From positions 10,321 through 74,320 of IMG/VR virus record IMGVR_UViG_3300007511_001396: 64,000 bases of DNA; one strand, 5' to 3'. Each line of letters begins with the position of its first letter. Positions within the stretch are counted from its first letter, which is position 1. Below the pieces are notes generated by a model. It was not told the DNA's origin, did not search any database, and saw only the letters and a list, made by a program, of their open reading frames with translations. The translations under genes were made by a program, and so were the position numbers. Below, one piece after another: positions 1-8,731 of the stretch. The stretch comes from a virus.

Positions 1-2
1 CG

Positions 3-2081
3 GAGAAGTTTTTAGCCCCCACCGCTCGACGGAAATATGTCGCCGACGCTGAAGAACGGCGGCAAACCCAAGATGAAGAGGACAAGAGGAGGGGAAAAGA
101 GCCTCGGAAGCGCAAACCTGTTGTTGCTCCAAGAACAGTGTTTGGTGTCTGGGCAGAATTCTGGGTTCAGAACGCTGATTACATCAAGAAGAACATCGAC
201 GACATTAAGAGCGGCAACAAATACTCCATGGTCATCACTCGCCACCCCATCGATGTTCTCCGTATGGCTGACTTCGACCCTTTTGAATCTTGTCACTCGC
301 CGCCATCACGACAAAACACTGAAAGCTATTATAAATGTGCTGTTGCAGAGGCTCACGGCGAAGGCGCCGTTGCTTATGTTGTCGAGACTGCTGATCTTCT
401 AGCCACAACCGACTCTGGTACAATAGAAGAGGCCGAGGGCAAAATACAAGAGGGAGAGTTGTTCGCAGACGAGGCCCGGTACGGTGTTCACGGACATCAT
501 GAGGAATTAGAGCCCGTCTCTCGTTTAAGATTGAGGTTGGCGAATGCTGTGATGGGCGGTGGCGAAGTTTCTGACATCGCTGTTCCCGAAGCTCGTGTAT
601 ACGGTGAACCAATTGCTGGCCTCCAAGCTCGCCTATTGAAGTGGGCTCAAGAAAAGCAAGCACACATAGTCGAAAAGCTTCCGAGAACAAAAGACGGTAA
701 ATATGATCTCGGGAAAATACATTTCCGAGGAGGCTCTTATAGCGACTCTGGCGGCGAAGGCGGTCTTGGAGTGCGCTTTCGCGAGTTGATAGGGGTAGAT
801 CGAACTGAAACTATCGGGAACGTAAACAAGGATAATACAACTGAAGAAGAACTCCCTAGTCACGTTGAAGGCCTTATTGGTCGGTGGACAGAGGAGTGCA
901 CGGAGATCGCTGACAAATGGAACGACATGATGAAATACATCGACATGGGTTTCGACGTCGAAGACGACGGCGCTGGCGGTGTGTATATCCAACCATCTGC
1001 TAAAATTAGTATACAGATACCAAGAACAGATTTCTCTCGCCTTCCAAACCACAGCGACGTTAATGATTTAGTTTCCGAAGCCGGTGAGTATTTTAGAGAT
1101 GTTGGGTATGGCTATGTGGGAAGTATAACATACTCACATATGCCAAGGAATCACATGATCGTCGGCTGGAACATCGATCCAGAGGCAGTGCCGGGAATGC
1201 CACAGCAGGACATCTATTTCGACCCAGAGATACTCGATGACCTCGGCGCAGAATTAAACAAAATCGATGATTTGGAAAATGATTATGAGTTGTTCAGTAA
1301 AAAAGTATTGCAGCTGTTTAAACGTGACGGATGGATGTCAGGTGGCACCTTCCAGAACTGGGCCCTCGAACTTTATGATGACAACGACCTGTATTATGAG
1401 TGGTCTGCGACGATTGATGAGCCTGACGAGCATGACGAGTTCTATGAGATTGAACTAAAGACCACCGACACCATAATCAATCTTGCTGACTTCGTTGATA
1501 AGGACAAATACACGGTTAAGTGGAAATCCGGCAACCCAACAATAGCTTCTATCAATAACTATCCTGTGGCCTATGTTTATAGTACAGGTAGGGGTGAAGA
1601 AGTCGAGGTCTCTGAAGCTCAAGAAGGTTTAAACGGGTATTACGATACATTTGCGAAAGCTAAACAAAACATTGAGGCTATACTTGGAGAAAACGACTAC
1701 GCTTATGACAGGATTATAAGTATTCTCAACAGCAGAGATTTTAGCATCGCTCTCAAAAAAGCCATGGGTGAAGGGAACCTTACTGATGGAATGTGGATGC
1801 CGAACTGGAATGTTAGTGCTAAAATGGCAGGCTCCTACGGCGATGAGGGCGACGTTGAAATAGAGATCGCAATGGCATCCGACGCCGACGACCCTGACGC
1901 TGCTGTTGCCTCGATGAAATCTGTGGCAGAAGAGTGGGACGACAACGACGAACTCAATGCAATGATTGCGAAGGTTGCTAAAGTTGTGCTGACCAAGGAA
2001 TTGCAAGAGTCGAGGGTCAAAGGCAGAGTGAATGAGAACAAGAAAATAGTAAATACTTGGAAGGAATTTTTAAAATCATGA
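3..2081 (+). CDS. Large acidic hypothetical phage protein, 5'-truncated by the window; C-terminal W-x-x-F-L motif; candidate internal head protein
   Basis: The frame of ORF 138..2081 is open back to position 3. The protein is D/E-rich and ends ...LQESRVKGRVNENKKIVNTWKEFLKS*. Its stop overlaps the next ATG (ATGA, 2078-2081). Confidence 0.75.
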   Translation, partial: EKFLAPTARRKYVADAEERRQTQDEEDKRRGKEPRKRKPVVAPRTVFGVWAEFWVQNADYIKKNIDDIKSGNKYSMVITRHPIDVLRMADFDPFESCHSPPSRQNTESYYKCAVAEAHGEGAVAYVVETADLLATTDSGTIEEAEGKIQEGELFADEARYGVHGHHEELEPVSRLRLRLANAVMGGGEVSDIAVPEARVYGEPIAGLQARLLKWAQEKQAHIVEKLPRTKDGKYDLGKIHFRGGSYSDSGGEGGLGVRFRELIGVDRTETIGNVNKDNTTEEELPSHVEGLIGRWTEECTEIADKWNDMMKYIDMGFDVEDDGAGGVYIQPSAKISIQIPRTDFSRLPNHSDVNDLVSEAGEYFRDVGYGYVGSITYSHMPRNHMIVGWNIDPEAVPGMPQQDIYFDPEILDDLGAELNKIDDLENDYELFSKKVLQLFKRDGWMSGGTFQNWALELYDDNDLYYEWSATIDEPDEHDEFYEIELKTTDTIINLADFVDKDKYTVKWKSGNPTIASINNYPVAYVYSTGRGEEVEVSEAQEGLNGYYDTFAKAKQNIEAILGENDYAYDRIISILNSRDFSIALKKAMGEGNLTDGMWMPNWNVSAKMAGSYGDEGDVEIEIAMASDADDPDAAVASMKSVAEEWDDNDELNAMIAKVAKVVLTKELQESRVKGRVNENKKIVNTWKEFLKS

Positions 2082-2911
2082 AATTATTAATGGAAAGGTG
2101 GCAAAGGTTTGTCATAAATGAAAAAGCCTGGATGGGGAAAGCCTTCCAAACGTTTAAGCGAAGGGTTGCTAAAGGTGAGCATCCCCTAGCAGCAGCAAGG
2201 CGCACTTTAATAGGTGGCATAGATGAGAAAACAGGACAAGAATTAGAAGGCTCTACAAGGGTCGTATTTCAAATACCAAAAAACACAGATATGGTTGTCA
2301 AAGTCATCGCCGTTGATCTTTTAAAAAGGACAGGACAAGAATGGCTGCCACCAGACGAACCAGATTATGATAGAGGGAATTTTAACAGACACCAAAAGAT
2401 AATGTCAAATAAAAATGAAGCGTCTGTCAAACTTCAGATGAAATACCAAGATATATTTCCGAAAATATGGGAAGCGGCTGAGGATTACTCCTGGATACTA
2501 GTTGAGCGAGTAGAATTATTTGCTACACACAAAGAGATGATGGAGTTTCTTGGACTAGGAGAATTTTCTTTGAGTCGTCAAGAGTGGTTAGTTATTATGG
2601 AGGAAGTATTCAAACAATTACAGGGGCGAAGTAGGGCTGCGATCAATGCCAGAAATGACGTTTCAGAGAATGCCGATTTGGATGCCACAGTGGCAGATAA
2701 CGGAAGCGAGAGGGAAGCTTTTATCACCAGAGATGAGCAAATGAAAGTTGTTGAACAATTAATAAATAATCATCACTTACGTAGCATTTTTACTATCTTG
2801 GCAAAGACAAAGTTTCAGCCTAGAGAGTTTAGATATCAAAATGTCGGATATTCTAAAATAACTAACAAACTTATTTTATTAGATACTGGTGTATGGGACG
2901 AGAAACTATAA
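2078..2911 (+). CDS. Protein-kinase-like (PKL fold) protein with N-terminal MKLLMERWQRFVINE leader
   Basis: Kinase subdomain order: GSTRVVF (Gly-loop remnant), VVKV (Lys), NKNE (helix C Glu), PKIWE..WILVERV (hinge), REFRYQN (catalytic loop with E in place of D), LLDTG (DFG-like). ATG 2078 is coupled to the upstream stop. Confidence 0.6.
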   Translation: MKLLMERWQRFVINEKAWMGKAFQTFKRRVAKGEHPLAAARRTLIGGIDEKTGQELEGSTRVVFQIPKNTDMVVKVIAVDLLKRTGQEWLPPDEPDYDRGNFNRHQKIMSNKNEASVKLQMKYQDIFPKIWEAAEDYSWILVERVELFATHKEMMEFLGLGEFSLSRQEWLVIMEEVFKQLQGRSRAAINARNDVSENADLDATVADNGSEREAFITRDEQMKVVEQLINNHHLRSIFTILAKTKFQPREFRYQNVGYSKITNKLILLDTGVWDEKL

Positions 2912-3283
2912 ATGAAAGCTATTGTTTTCAAAAACAGTAAAATACCACAGCTGTTAAGTATTGTTATACCTGTGGGGGCTATTACTTTATTTCCTTTTAT
3001 TTTTATTAGGGGTGATGGAGATGAGCGTGTGATAAATCATGAAAGCATTCATATCGCTCAATATGCTGAACTCTGGGTAATTGGGTTTTTATTTTTATAT
3101 GCTCTCGACTATTTGCGGGGCTACATAAAATACTGGCACATTCGTAGTGACATTTCACCAGCAGCACATAAATTTGCGGCTTATAAAAACATTCGTTTTG
3201 AACAAGAGGCATATTCTTATGAGTATGATATGAACTATTTAGAGAATAGGGTGCCATATGCTTGGCGAAAATATAAGATTTAA
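2912..3283 (+). CDS. Small zincin-like protein (HExxH) with hydrophobic segments
   Basis: INHESIHIAQ plus downstream FEQEAY (third-ligand Glu pattern). Confidence 0.6.
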   Translation: MKAIVFKNSKIPQLLSIVIPVGAITLFPFIFIRGDGDERVINHESIHIAQYAELWVIGFLFLYALDYLRGYIKYWHIRSDISPAAHKFAAYKNIRFEQEAYSYEYDMNYLENRVPYAWRKYKI

Positions 3284-3286
3284 ACA

Positions 3287-3658
3287 ATGAAATTAATTTT
3301 TGAAAATTGGCGAAAGTTTGTATCCGAGGAAGAGGACACACAGCCCTCCGAGTATATTGATTTTAAAAGAGGTGACTGCTCTCTCTTGGCTAATGTAGTG
3401 GCAGATATGTTAGAACTGCCGACTTACGGCATTTTTGATAAAGCAGGCAACATACAGCATGTTTTTGTCTATGATCCTGATACCGATGAAGCTATAGATT
3501 GTCGCGGAAGAATGCCAGTTAGAGATATAACCCAAAACATTCGTGGAGACGATTTAACTTATAGAAAAATAACACAACAAGAAATTAAAGATACATTTGG
3601 CACATATAGTGATGAAGAATACGAATATGCTGAAGAAGAGGCACACTCAATCATATGA
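3287..3658 (+). CDS. Putative papain/transglutaminase-like Cys-His-Asp enzyme with MKLIFENWRKFVSEEE leader
   Basis: RGDCSLLA (Cys at helix start), QHVFV, AIDCRG: order and spacing fit a transglutaminase-like triad. Confidence 0.5.
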   Translation: MKLIFENWRKFVSEEEDTQPSEYIDFKRGDCSLLANVVADMLELPTYGIFDKAGNIQHVFVYDPDTDEAIDCRGRMPVRDITQNIRGDDLTYRKITQQEIKDTFGTYSDEEYEYAEEEAHSII

Positions 3659-4338
3659 AACTCCTACTTGAACAATGGCGACAGTTCGTTAATGAAGAAT
3701 ATGAGCCGATTACAACTCTGCGAGTTTTTGATTTTGACGAAACAATAGCTCACACTCGTTCCGTAACACGTGTTACAGCCCCAGATGGTTCAACATTTTC
3801 CTTATCTGATCAGAAAGAATTTGACAGCTTTATGTCTTCTATGGCCGAAAAAGAGGGCATTAAAACATTTGATCCAGTTAGTGAGTTGATAAAGCTAGGA
3901 TATAAAATGGATTTTTCTGATTTTGGAATTGTCAAAGAACCAACAGAAATAACAATTGTTACGGATGTGTTACGCACCTTCCCAACTAACTCTAAAACAT
4001 ATGTTATGACAGCAAGACGAGGCAACTCAATTGGGCCAATATTAGACTATTTAGAAGATATTGGTATAGACTCGTCAAAAGTTAGACCTATTGCAACCCA
4101 AGGTCAGTCAAAGGGGGCAACAATAGCACAAATGATAAGTAATAAAATAATGTCTACAGGTAAATCTAATATTACGCGAGTAGAATATTATGAAGATTCA
4201 GATAAAAACATTCAAGATGTTTTAGATCATATTTGTCGAGGAAATATTGATGCCATAAAAACAAAAGATTTTGAACTAGTCATATATAAAGTTATTTCTA
4301 ATGGCGATGGATACACTTTTGAAAAGATTGGTTGCTAA
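3655..4338 (+). CDS. HAD-superfamily phosphatase with MKLLLEQWRQFVNEE leader
   Basis: Motif I VFDFDETI, motif II MTARR, Lys in SKG, motif IV YYEDSDKN. Confidence 0.75.
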   Translation: MKLLLEQWRQFVNEEYEPITTLRVFDFDETIAHTRSVTRVTAPDGSTFSLSDQKEFDSFMSSMAEKEGIKTFDPVSELIKLGYKMDFSDFGIVKEPTEITIVTDVLRTFPTNSKTYVMTARRGNSIGPILDYLEDIGIDSSKVRPIATQGQSKGATIAQMISNKIMSTGKSNITRVEYYEDSDKNIQDVLDHICRGNIDAIKTKDFELVIYKVISNGDGYTFEKIGC

Positions 4339-4371
4339 TTTAGAACTACTTACGAATACGGAGATATTCTT

Positions 4372-4692
4372 ATGCCTATAGAAAACGGATGGGACACTTA
4401 TTCTAAATTAGTCCTACAGCAACTTGAGTCAATGTCAAAAGGGATTGATGCCTTAAGAGAAGAGTTACACGGAGTAAAGCAAGAACTAACTGAGCTAAAA
4501 GCCAGAGAGGACAGAATATATGACCTCAAAGAATGGAAAGAAAAGATTGATGAAGTAGTATCGCCAACGCAACTTGGAAAAATAGTACTCGATGTAGAAT
4601 CATTAAAGATTTTTCAGACAAAGGCAGTGACAATATTTATGGTTGTGCAATTTGTGATGGCAATCGCAGTAGTATATTCTCATTATTTGTAA
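4372..4692 (+). CDS. Coiled-coil protein with C-terminal transmembrane helix (XhlA/holin-like architecture)
   Basis: Heptad-rich N-terminal region and C-terminal AVTIFMVVQFVMAIAVVY; GGAG RBS. Confidence 0.55.
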   Translation: MPIENGWDTYSKLVLQQLESMSKGIDALREELHGVKQELTELKAREDRIYDLKEWKEKIDEVVSPTQLGKIVLDVESLKIFQTKAVTIFMVVQFVMAIAVVYSHYL

Positions 4693-4774
4693 ATGTTCAA
4701 TATTTTAGACAACTATTAAACAAATAAGGTATTTTTGGATTATCGCTTTAGGCCACTGGTGGTATAGTTACTTT

Positions 4775-5062
4775 ATGACGTGGGAATATGTAGACAAATC
4801 AGTTATTACAAGAATAGTGAATCAAATTGCTGGAAAGATTTCAGAAGAAGATAATCTTGTAGAGCCATATTTTATCCAAGGTAGCGGTAATATATGGTGT
4901 TATAAACCAAATAGCAAAAGTATGGTACGATTACCACGAGGCATTTATGGATTTATTATTAGCCTCAAAGAAGATAATTTGGGGCGTGTTTTGTTCTATT
5001 CAGAATATGGGGACATAGTGGTTATAGAAAAGGAAGAGCTCATAACAATAGGATTTAACTAA
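4775..5062 (+). CDS. Hypothetical protein
   Basis: 95-aa ORF in the operon-like run. Confidence 0.55.
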   Translation: MTWEYVDKSVITRIVNQIAGKISEEDNLVEPYFIQGSGNIWCYKPNSKSMVRLPRGIYGFIISLKEDNLGRVLFYSEYGDIVVIEKEELITIGFN

Positions 5063-5205
5063 TGCTATTTTCATTTAATAATTTTTGGCTCTTTGCTGTT
5101 ACTTTATTCGGAACATGGGCATTTTATGGACTGTTCGGATTTGACTTCACAATTGTCACTGTGTTGGCCATAGGTTTGTTCTCAAGCTTTACAAATAATG
5201 TTTGA
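5062..5205 (+). CDS. Small two-TM membrane protein (47 aa, not in the ORF track)
   Basis: Manual translation MLFSFNNFWLFAVTLFGTWAFYGLFGFDFTIVTVLAIGLFSSFTNNV*. The ATG overlaps the previous stop (TAATG). Confidence 0.6.
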   Translation: MLFSFNNFWLFAVTLFGTWAFYGLFGFDFTIVTVLAIGLFSSFTNNV

Positions 5206-5250
5206 TAAAGATAAAGCTTCTATTTATATTTAACAGGAAGTTTAAATGAA

Positions 5251-5502
5251 ATGAAAGAGAAAGCCATTTTTGGAGAAACCGCTGGGGGCGAATTTCAAAT
5301 AGGTGATTTAGTCGAATGGGTACGCTGGAATAAAGAAGAAAATGTCTTTGAGCCACAATACGGATTGATCACAGAAGTAAAAAACGAGATAAAGTCAAAT
5401 AGATTAGTGTCAGTCTCTAGGGTTATTCCACTGAACGCTCCTTCTTCCGAAAAGGAGTTTTTTACATTAAGTTTACGACTTGTCTCAAAGGGTGGCTTAT
5501 AA
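5251..5502 (+). CDS. Small SH3/KOW-like beta-barrel hypothetical protein
   Basis: FQIGDLVEW...YGLITEV pattern. Confidence 0.5.
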   Translation: MKEKAIFGETAGGEFQIGDLVEWVRWNKEENVFEPQYGLITEVKNEIKSNRLVSVSRVIPLNAPSSEKEFFTLSLRLVSKGGL

Positions 5503-5526
5503 AGGTCTGATTTATCTCTTACTTAT

Positions 5527-5536
5527 AACTATTTAT
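5527..5536 (+). promoter_or_regulatory. Candidate phage late promoter AACTATTTAT (recurrent motif)
   Basis: Identical at 7716 and 10831; variants at 3233, 4344, 5218, 11453, 46882 and 47272, mostly 13-25 nt before start codons. Confidence 0.55.
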
Positions 5537-5558
5537 GGTATATTTGGGACATAAAAAG

Positions 5559-6416
5559 ATGATTAACACTATAGAACCTCTAATTCGACAGTTTATGCCT
5601 TTCGCTCAAGAGCAACTTGGGTTTGAAAGACCACCTAAACTGTTTTTGAGACAAGATTCAGATAACGCTGCTGATCCTCTCGGTAAAACAGCTTTTTATG
5701 ATCCAAATAAGCGTAGCATAACATTGTTTATCACAGATAGACACCCTAAAGACGTTTTACGCTCTCTGTCACATGAGCTAGTACATCATATTCAGAATTG
5801 TCGAGGCGACTTTGACAACACTATGGAAATGGGCGAAGGATATGCCCAAAATGATGAACATCTTCGTGAAATGGAGAGAGAAGCCTACGAAAGAGGAAAT
5901 TTATTGTTACGCGATTGGGAAGACGGTATTAAAAACACTACTTATAGTGAACATTTGCAAAAAGGAGGCAAAAATCATATGTCAAATAAAAGTTGGAAAA
6001 ACAGGGAACTGAATGGTCTCCTGATGGAACGTTTTGGGTTTAATTTTAAACCACTAGTAGAAGGTTGTGGTTGTGAGGTTAACGAAGAAGATGTCAACGA
6101 AGAAGAAGTTATTGAAGAAGAAGATGTCAACGAGTGTGGAGAAATGGCACCCGACGAAATAGTATCTCTTGATGCGGAAGAAAGTGAGCCTGTAGCTGTT
6201 GAAGAACTAGCTGCTGAATTGTTAATAATCGCTCAAAAGATTTCTGATTCGTTTGGCGAAGAATCTAGTGATGTTGTTGACTTGGGGCAAGATAATGGTG
6301 TGGTTGAATCGACGAACAAGACAGTCGTTTCAGAGGCACATGTTAAACAAACAGTTAAGACTATTTTGGTAAATAATCTTATCAAACATTTAAAAAAGGA
6401 AACTAAAAATGGGTAA
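5559..6416 (+). CDS. Zincin metallopeptidase-like domain (HExxH) fused to an acidic C-terminal region
   Basis: LRSLSHELVHHIQ...EREAYE. Start placed at 5559 because the ACTATTTA motif overlaps the 5535 ATG. Acidic VNEE repeats in the tail. Confidence 0.7.
   Translation: MINTIEPLIRQFMPFAQEQLGFERPPKLFLRQDSDNAADPLGKTAFYDPNKRSITLFITDRHPKDVLRSLSHELVHHIQNCRGDFDNTMEMGEGYAQNDEHLREMEREAYERGNLLLRDWEDGIKNTTYSEHLQKGGKNHMSNKSWKNRELNGLLMERFGFNFKPLVEGCGCEVNEEDVNEEEVIEEEDVNECGEMAPDEIVSLDAEESEPVAVEELAAELLIIAQKISDSFGEESSDVVDLGQDNGVVESTNKTVVSEAHVKQTVKTILVNNLIKHLKKETKNG
6077..6133 (+). repeat. Imperfect intragenic repeat encoding VNEEDVNEEEVIEEEDVNE
   Basis: Repeated (gtc/gtt)aacgaagaaga and gaagatgtcaacga units. 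Confidence 0.6.
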
Positions 6417-6636
6417 AAAATGGAAAAGAATGTTGGTGCATCGCAGGGCAGCTGCCAACAGTGGAGTAATATCGGATACGCCAGCCGCAGAGGTGGTTGT
6501 GCCTGCTGAAAAAACGGAAACAGTGGTAGAAGCCGTTGAAGAAAAAGTTATTGAGGAAGCGTCTATAGAGGCTGTTAAAAAGCCATTGCCTACTTCTCGT
6601 AAAAAGAGAGCTAAAAAGACTAAAAAGTCTGATTAA
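6409..6636 (+). CDS. Small low-complexity protein (basic ends, acidic middle)
   Basis: AAGGA RBS; 75 aa with Lys/Arg-rich termini. Confidence 0.6.
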   Translation: MGKKWKRMLVHRRAAANSGVISDTPAAEVVVPAEKTETVVEAVEEKVIEEASIEAVKKPLPTSRKKRAKKTKKSD

Positions 6637-6651
6637 TAAAGGGAGCAAGAT

Positions 6652-6915
6652 ATGTCGATGAATATAGATTGGCAACAGTTTATTATAGGTGAGGGTGTAG
6701 AAGATAAAAACATTTTTACCTATTTGCAGGGTCTTCAAGAGATCCTTAATAACTTGCGCCCTAAAACAATGACTGAACAGCGGCGAGTTGCTTTGGCTAA
6801 ACAACATCTACGGGAAATAAAAAGAGCATCTCGAAAGATGCTTAATGAGATGAATGTTTTACAAGAAAAGATCAACATTCTGGAAGAAAGTAGGACAGAG
6901 ACTGTCAATGACTAA
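6652..6915 (+). CDS. Coiled-coil hypothetical protein with N-terminal WQQFIIGE motif
   Basis: GGGAG RBS; 87 aa. Confidence 0.65.
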   Translation: MSMNIDWQQFIIGEGVEDKNIFTYLQGLQEILNNLRPKTMTEQRRVALAKQHLREIKRASRKMLNEMNVLQEKINILEESRTETVND

Positions 6916-7747
6916 ATCTGTAGTGCATGAGATCGAAATTGATCTTTCTGATGACCCAAGGACAGTTGCCATTATTCCTGGTGCTTTCAAGCCACCGACA
7001 CGTGCTCATTTGGGCTTAGTTGAATCTTATCTTACTATGGCCGATGAAGTTCTTATTTTAATTTCTGCTCCAACACGTAAAGGCAGATCGCTGCCTAATG
7101 GCAAAGAAGTGACTGCCGAAATCTCTAAACAGATTTGGGAAATGCTCTTATCTTCTGAGGCTCTTATGAATGTCAAGGTTGAAATATCTCCTCATGCATC
7201 ACCAATTACTGCGGCATATGAGATGATTGGTGACGATGGACCATTTAAGGTCGGTGATACAATTATTTTGGGAGTTGGCGACAAAGGCAATGATCCGAAG
7301 AGATTTTCTGGTGCTGGAAAGTATGTGAAAGAAGGCGTTAATTTTAAAGTCATTCCTGGTCAGCTTGATGGCCACAGTCGTGAATATTTAACCCTTTTGG
7401 ATTCTTGGGATTCTTATGAACAGATGCCAAGTGCTGGTGGAGGTAACCCAGAGGCGATAAACGCCAGTGATTTACGGTTTATTCTCGGAAAAGTTGATGA
7501 GGGCGATGATGTTGCTAGGCATTTGCTTGGTGATTTCGTATTTCCGGAGAATGTTGATAAGATTTTGAGTATTTTTGGCATTTTGAATAACCTTGGAGAA
7601 ATGTCGGCAGCAGGTGCTGGCGCTGTTAGTGGTTTTGCGGGGTCGCTTGGGACGATCAAAAAAAGAAAAAATAACTTTAAAGAGGTTGACGCCTCATTGG
7701 TAAATGAAATTTACAAACTATTTATAGAAAAAGGTATTATACAATGA
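6908..7747 (+). CDS. HxGH-family (cytidylyl/adenylyl) nucleotidyltransferase-like protein
   Basis: AIIPGAFKPPTRAHLGLV (T/HxxH Rossmann NTase motif) and INASDLR (S-[AS]-[ST]-x-x-R-like motif). Gly/Ala-rich C-tail EMSAAGAGAVSG. Start at MTKSVV, 6908. Confidence 0.7.
   Translation: MTKSVVHEIEIDLSDDPRTVAIIPGAFKPPTRAHLGLVESYLTMADEVLILISAPTRKGRSLPNGKEVTAEISKQIWEMLLSSEALMNVKVEISPHASPITAAYEMIGDDGPFKVGDTIILGVGDKGNDPKRFSGAGKYVKEGVNFKVIPGQLDGHSREYLTLLDSWDSYEQMPSAGGGNPEAINASDLRFILGKVDEGDDVARHLLGDFVFPENVDKILSIFGILNNLGEMSAAGAGAVSGFAGSLGTIKKRKNNFKEVDASLVNEIYKLFIEKGIIQ
7716..7725 (+). promoter_or_regulatory. Candidate phage late promoter AACTATTTAT
   Basis: Ends 19 nt before ATG 7744. Confidence 0.5.
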
Positions 7748-8571
7748 ACACCAAAGAAGAAAAGATACTTAGAAATAGTATACAAGAAATGATTCGCTTT
7801 GTCAAGAACAAAAGAGAAAATAAAATATCTTCTACAATTAGGGAAGCTCTCAATTCGGAAATAGCAATCTTACAAGAAGAAAAAGAACTTCGAATTATTA
7901 TACGAAAAATGGTAATGTTGGAATCCAAAAAACTGGCAGAAGGTATGCCTGATGGAGATCCGACACCCAACAAATCTACAGGTATAAATGTATTAGAAGA
8001 TTTATTAAAGAAGATTATCCCCGTTTTAAAAATTGATTTTAAACTCCTTACTACAAGTTCTGATCAGAGGCATTCGTATCGAGCGCATATCCTTAGCGCT
8101 GTGGTAAAATCTTTATCCCCTGCTATTGCTAATGATGAGGCTGGAGAGTCTTCAAAAAGCGATTTAGACGAAGAAGTTGATATTGAAATTGGCGATGAAG
8201 AGCCTGTAGATGATAAATTCATTGATATTAGGACTGACGCTGAGCGGGATTCCGAGGACGGCAAACAAGAAGTTGATCCACGTGATGAGTTTGGCTCTGG
8301 GTTTGAGGGTTCTGATCAGACTGGTCGAAACATGGCCTTCGAATCTTTCAAAAAAGTTGAAACTGGTATCTTAGATGCTTATGATTTATTGTCTAATGAT
8401 GAAGATCAAGAGCTATTTTATGACTATTTGATAGCCAACCTAAAATTGTATTTTGACAAATTTGAGAATGAAATGGCTGGAGAAATAGAAGAGCCTTCCA
8501 ATCAAGCATATGATATGGCGAAACAACAGGAAGAACCTGAAATATCAGGCGGTGAAGAGTTAGAATTCTAA
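7744..8571 (+). CDS. Acidic hypothetical protein, candidate head/scaffold-associated
   Basis: 275 aa with repeated L/I-x-E sites in the N-terminal helices; ACTATTTA motif 19 nt upstream. Confidence 0.65.
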   Translation: MNTKEEKILRNSIQEMIRFVKNKRENKISSTIREALNSEIAILQEEKELRIIIRKMVMLESKKLAEGMPDGDPTPNKSTGINVLEDLLKKIIPVLKIDFKLLTTSSDQRHSYRAHILSAVVKSLSPAIANDEAGESSKSDLDEEVDIEIGDEEPVDDKFIDIRTDAERDSEDGKQEVDPRDEFGSGFEGSDQTGRNMAFESFKKVETGILDAYDLLSNDEDQELFYDYLIANLKLYFDKFENEMAGEIEEPSNQAYDMAKQQEEPEISGGEELEF

Positions 8572-8601
8572 ATAAACTTTGTGACAATTTAACTTTTTTA
8601 C

Positions 8602-8630
8602 TTGACAAGATTAAAATTGTATAGTACATT
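8602..8630 (+). promoter_or_regulatory. sigma70-type promoter
   Basis: TTGACA(8602-8607)-N17-TACATT(8625-8630) in an AT-rich intergenic region. Confidence 0.55.
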
Positions 8631-8650
8631 ATAAATGTTGTTGCTAGCAT

Positions 8651-8670
8651 GTGAAAGTTTGTGAAAGTTT
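8651..8670 (+). repeat. 10-bp tandem direct repeat GTGAAAGTTT x2 (possible operator)
   Basis: Exact tandem copy downstream of the promoter and upstream of an HTH gene. Confidence 0.6.
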
Positions 8671-8731
8671 AAACTAACAATTACATTATAATATATTATA
8701 TTAATACTATCAAGTATATTATATAAGAAAC

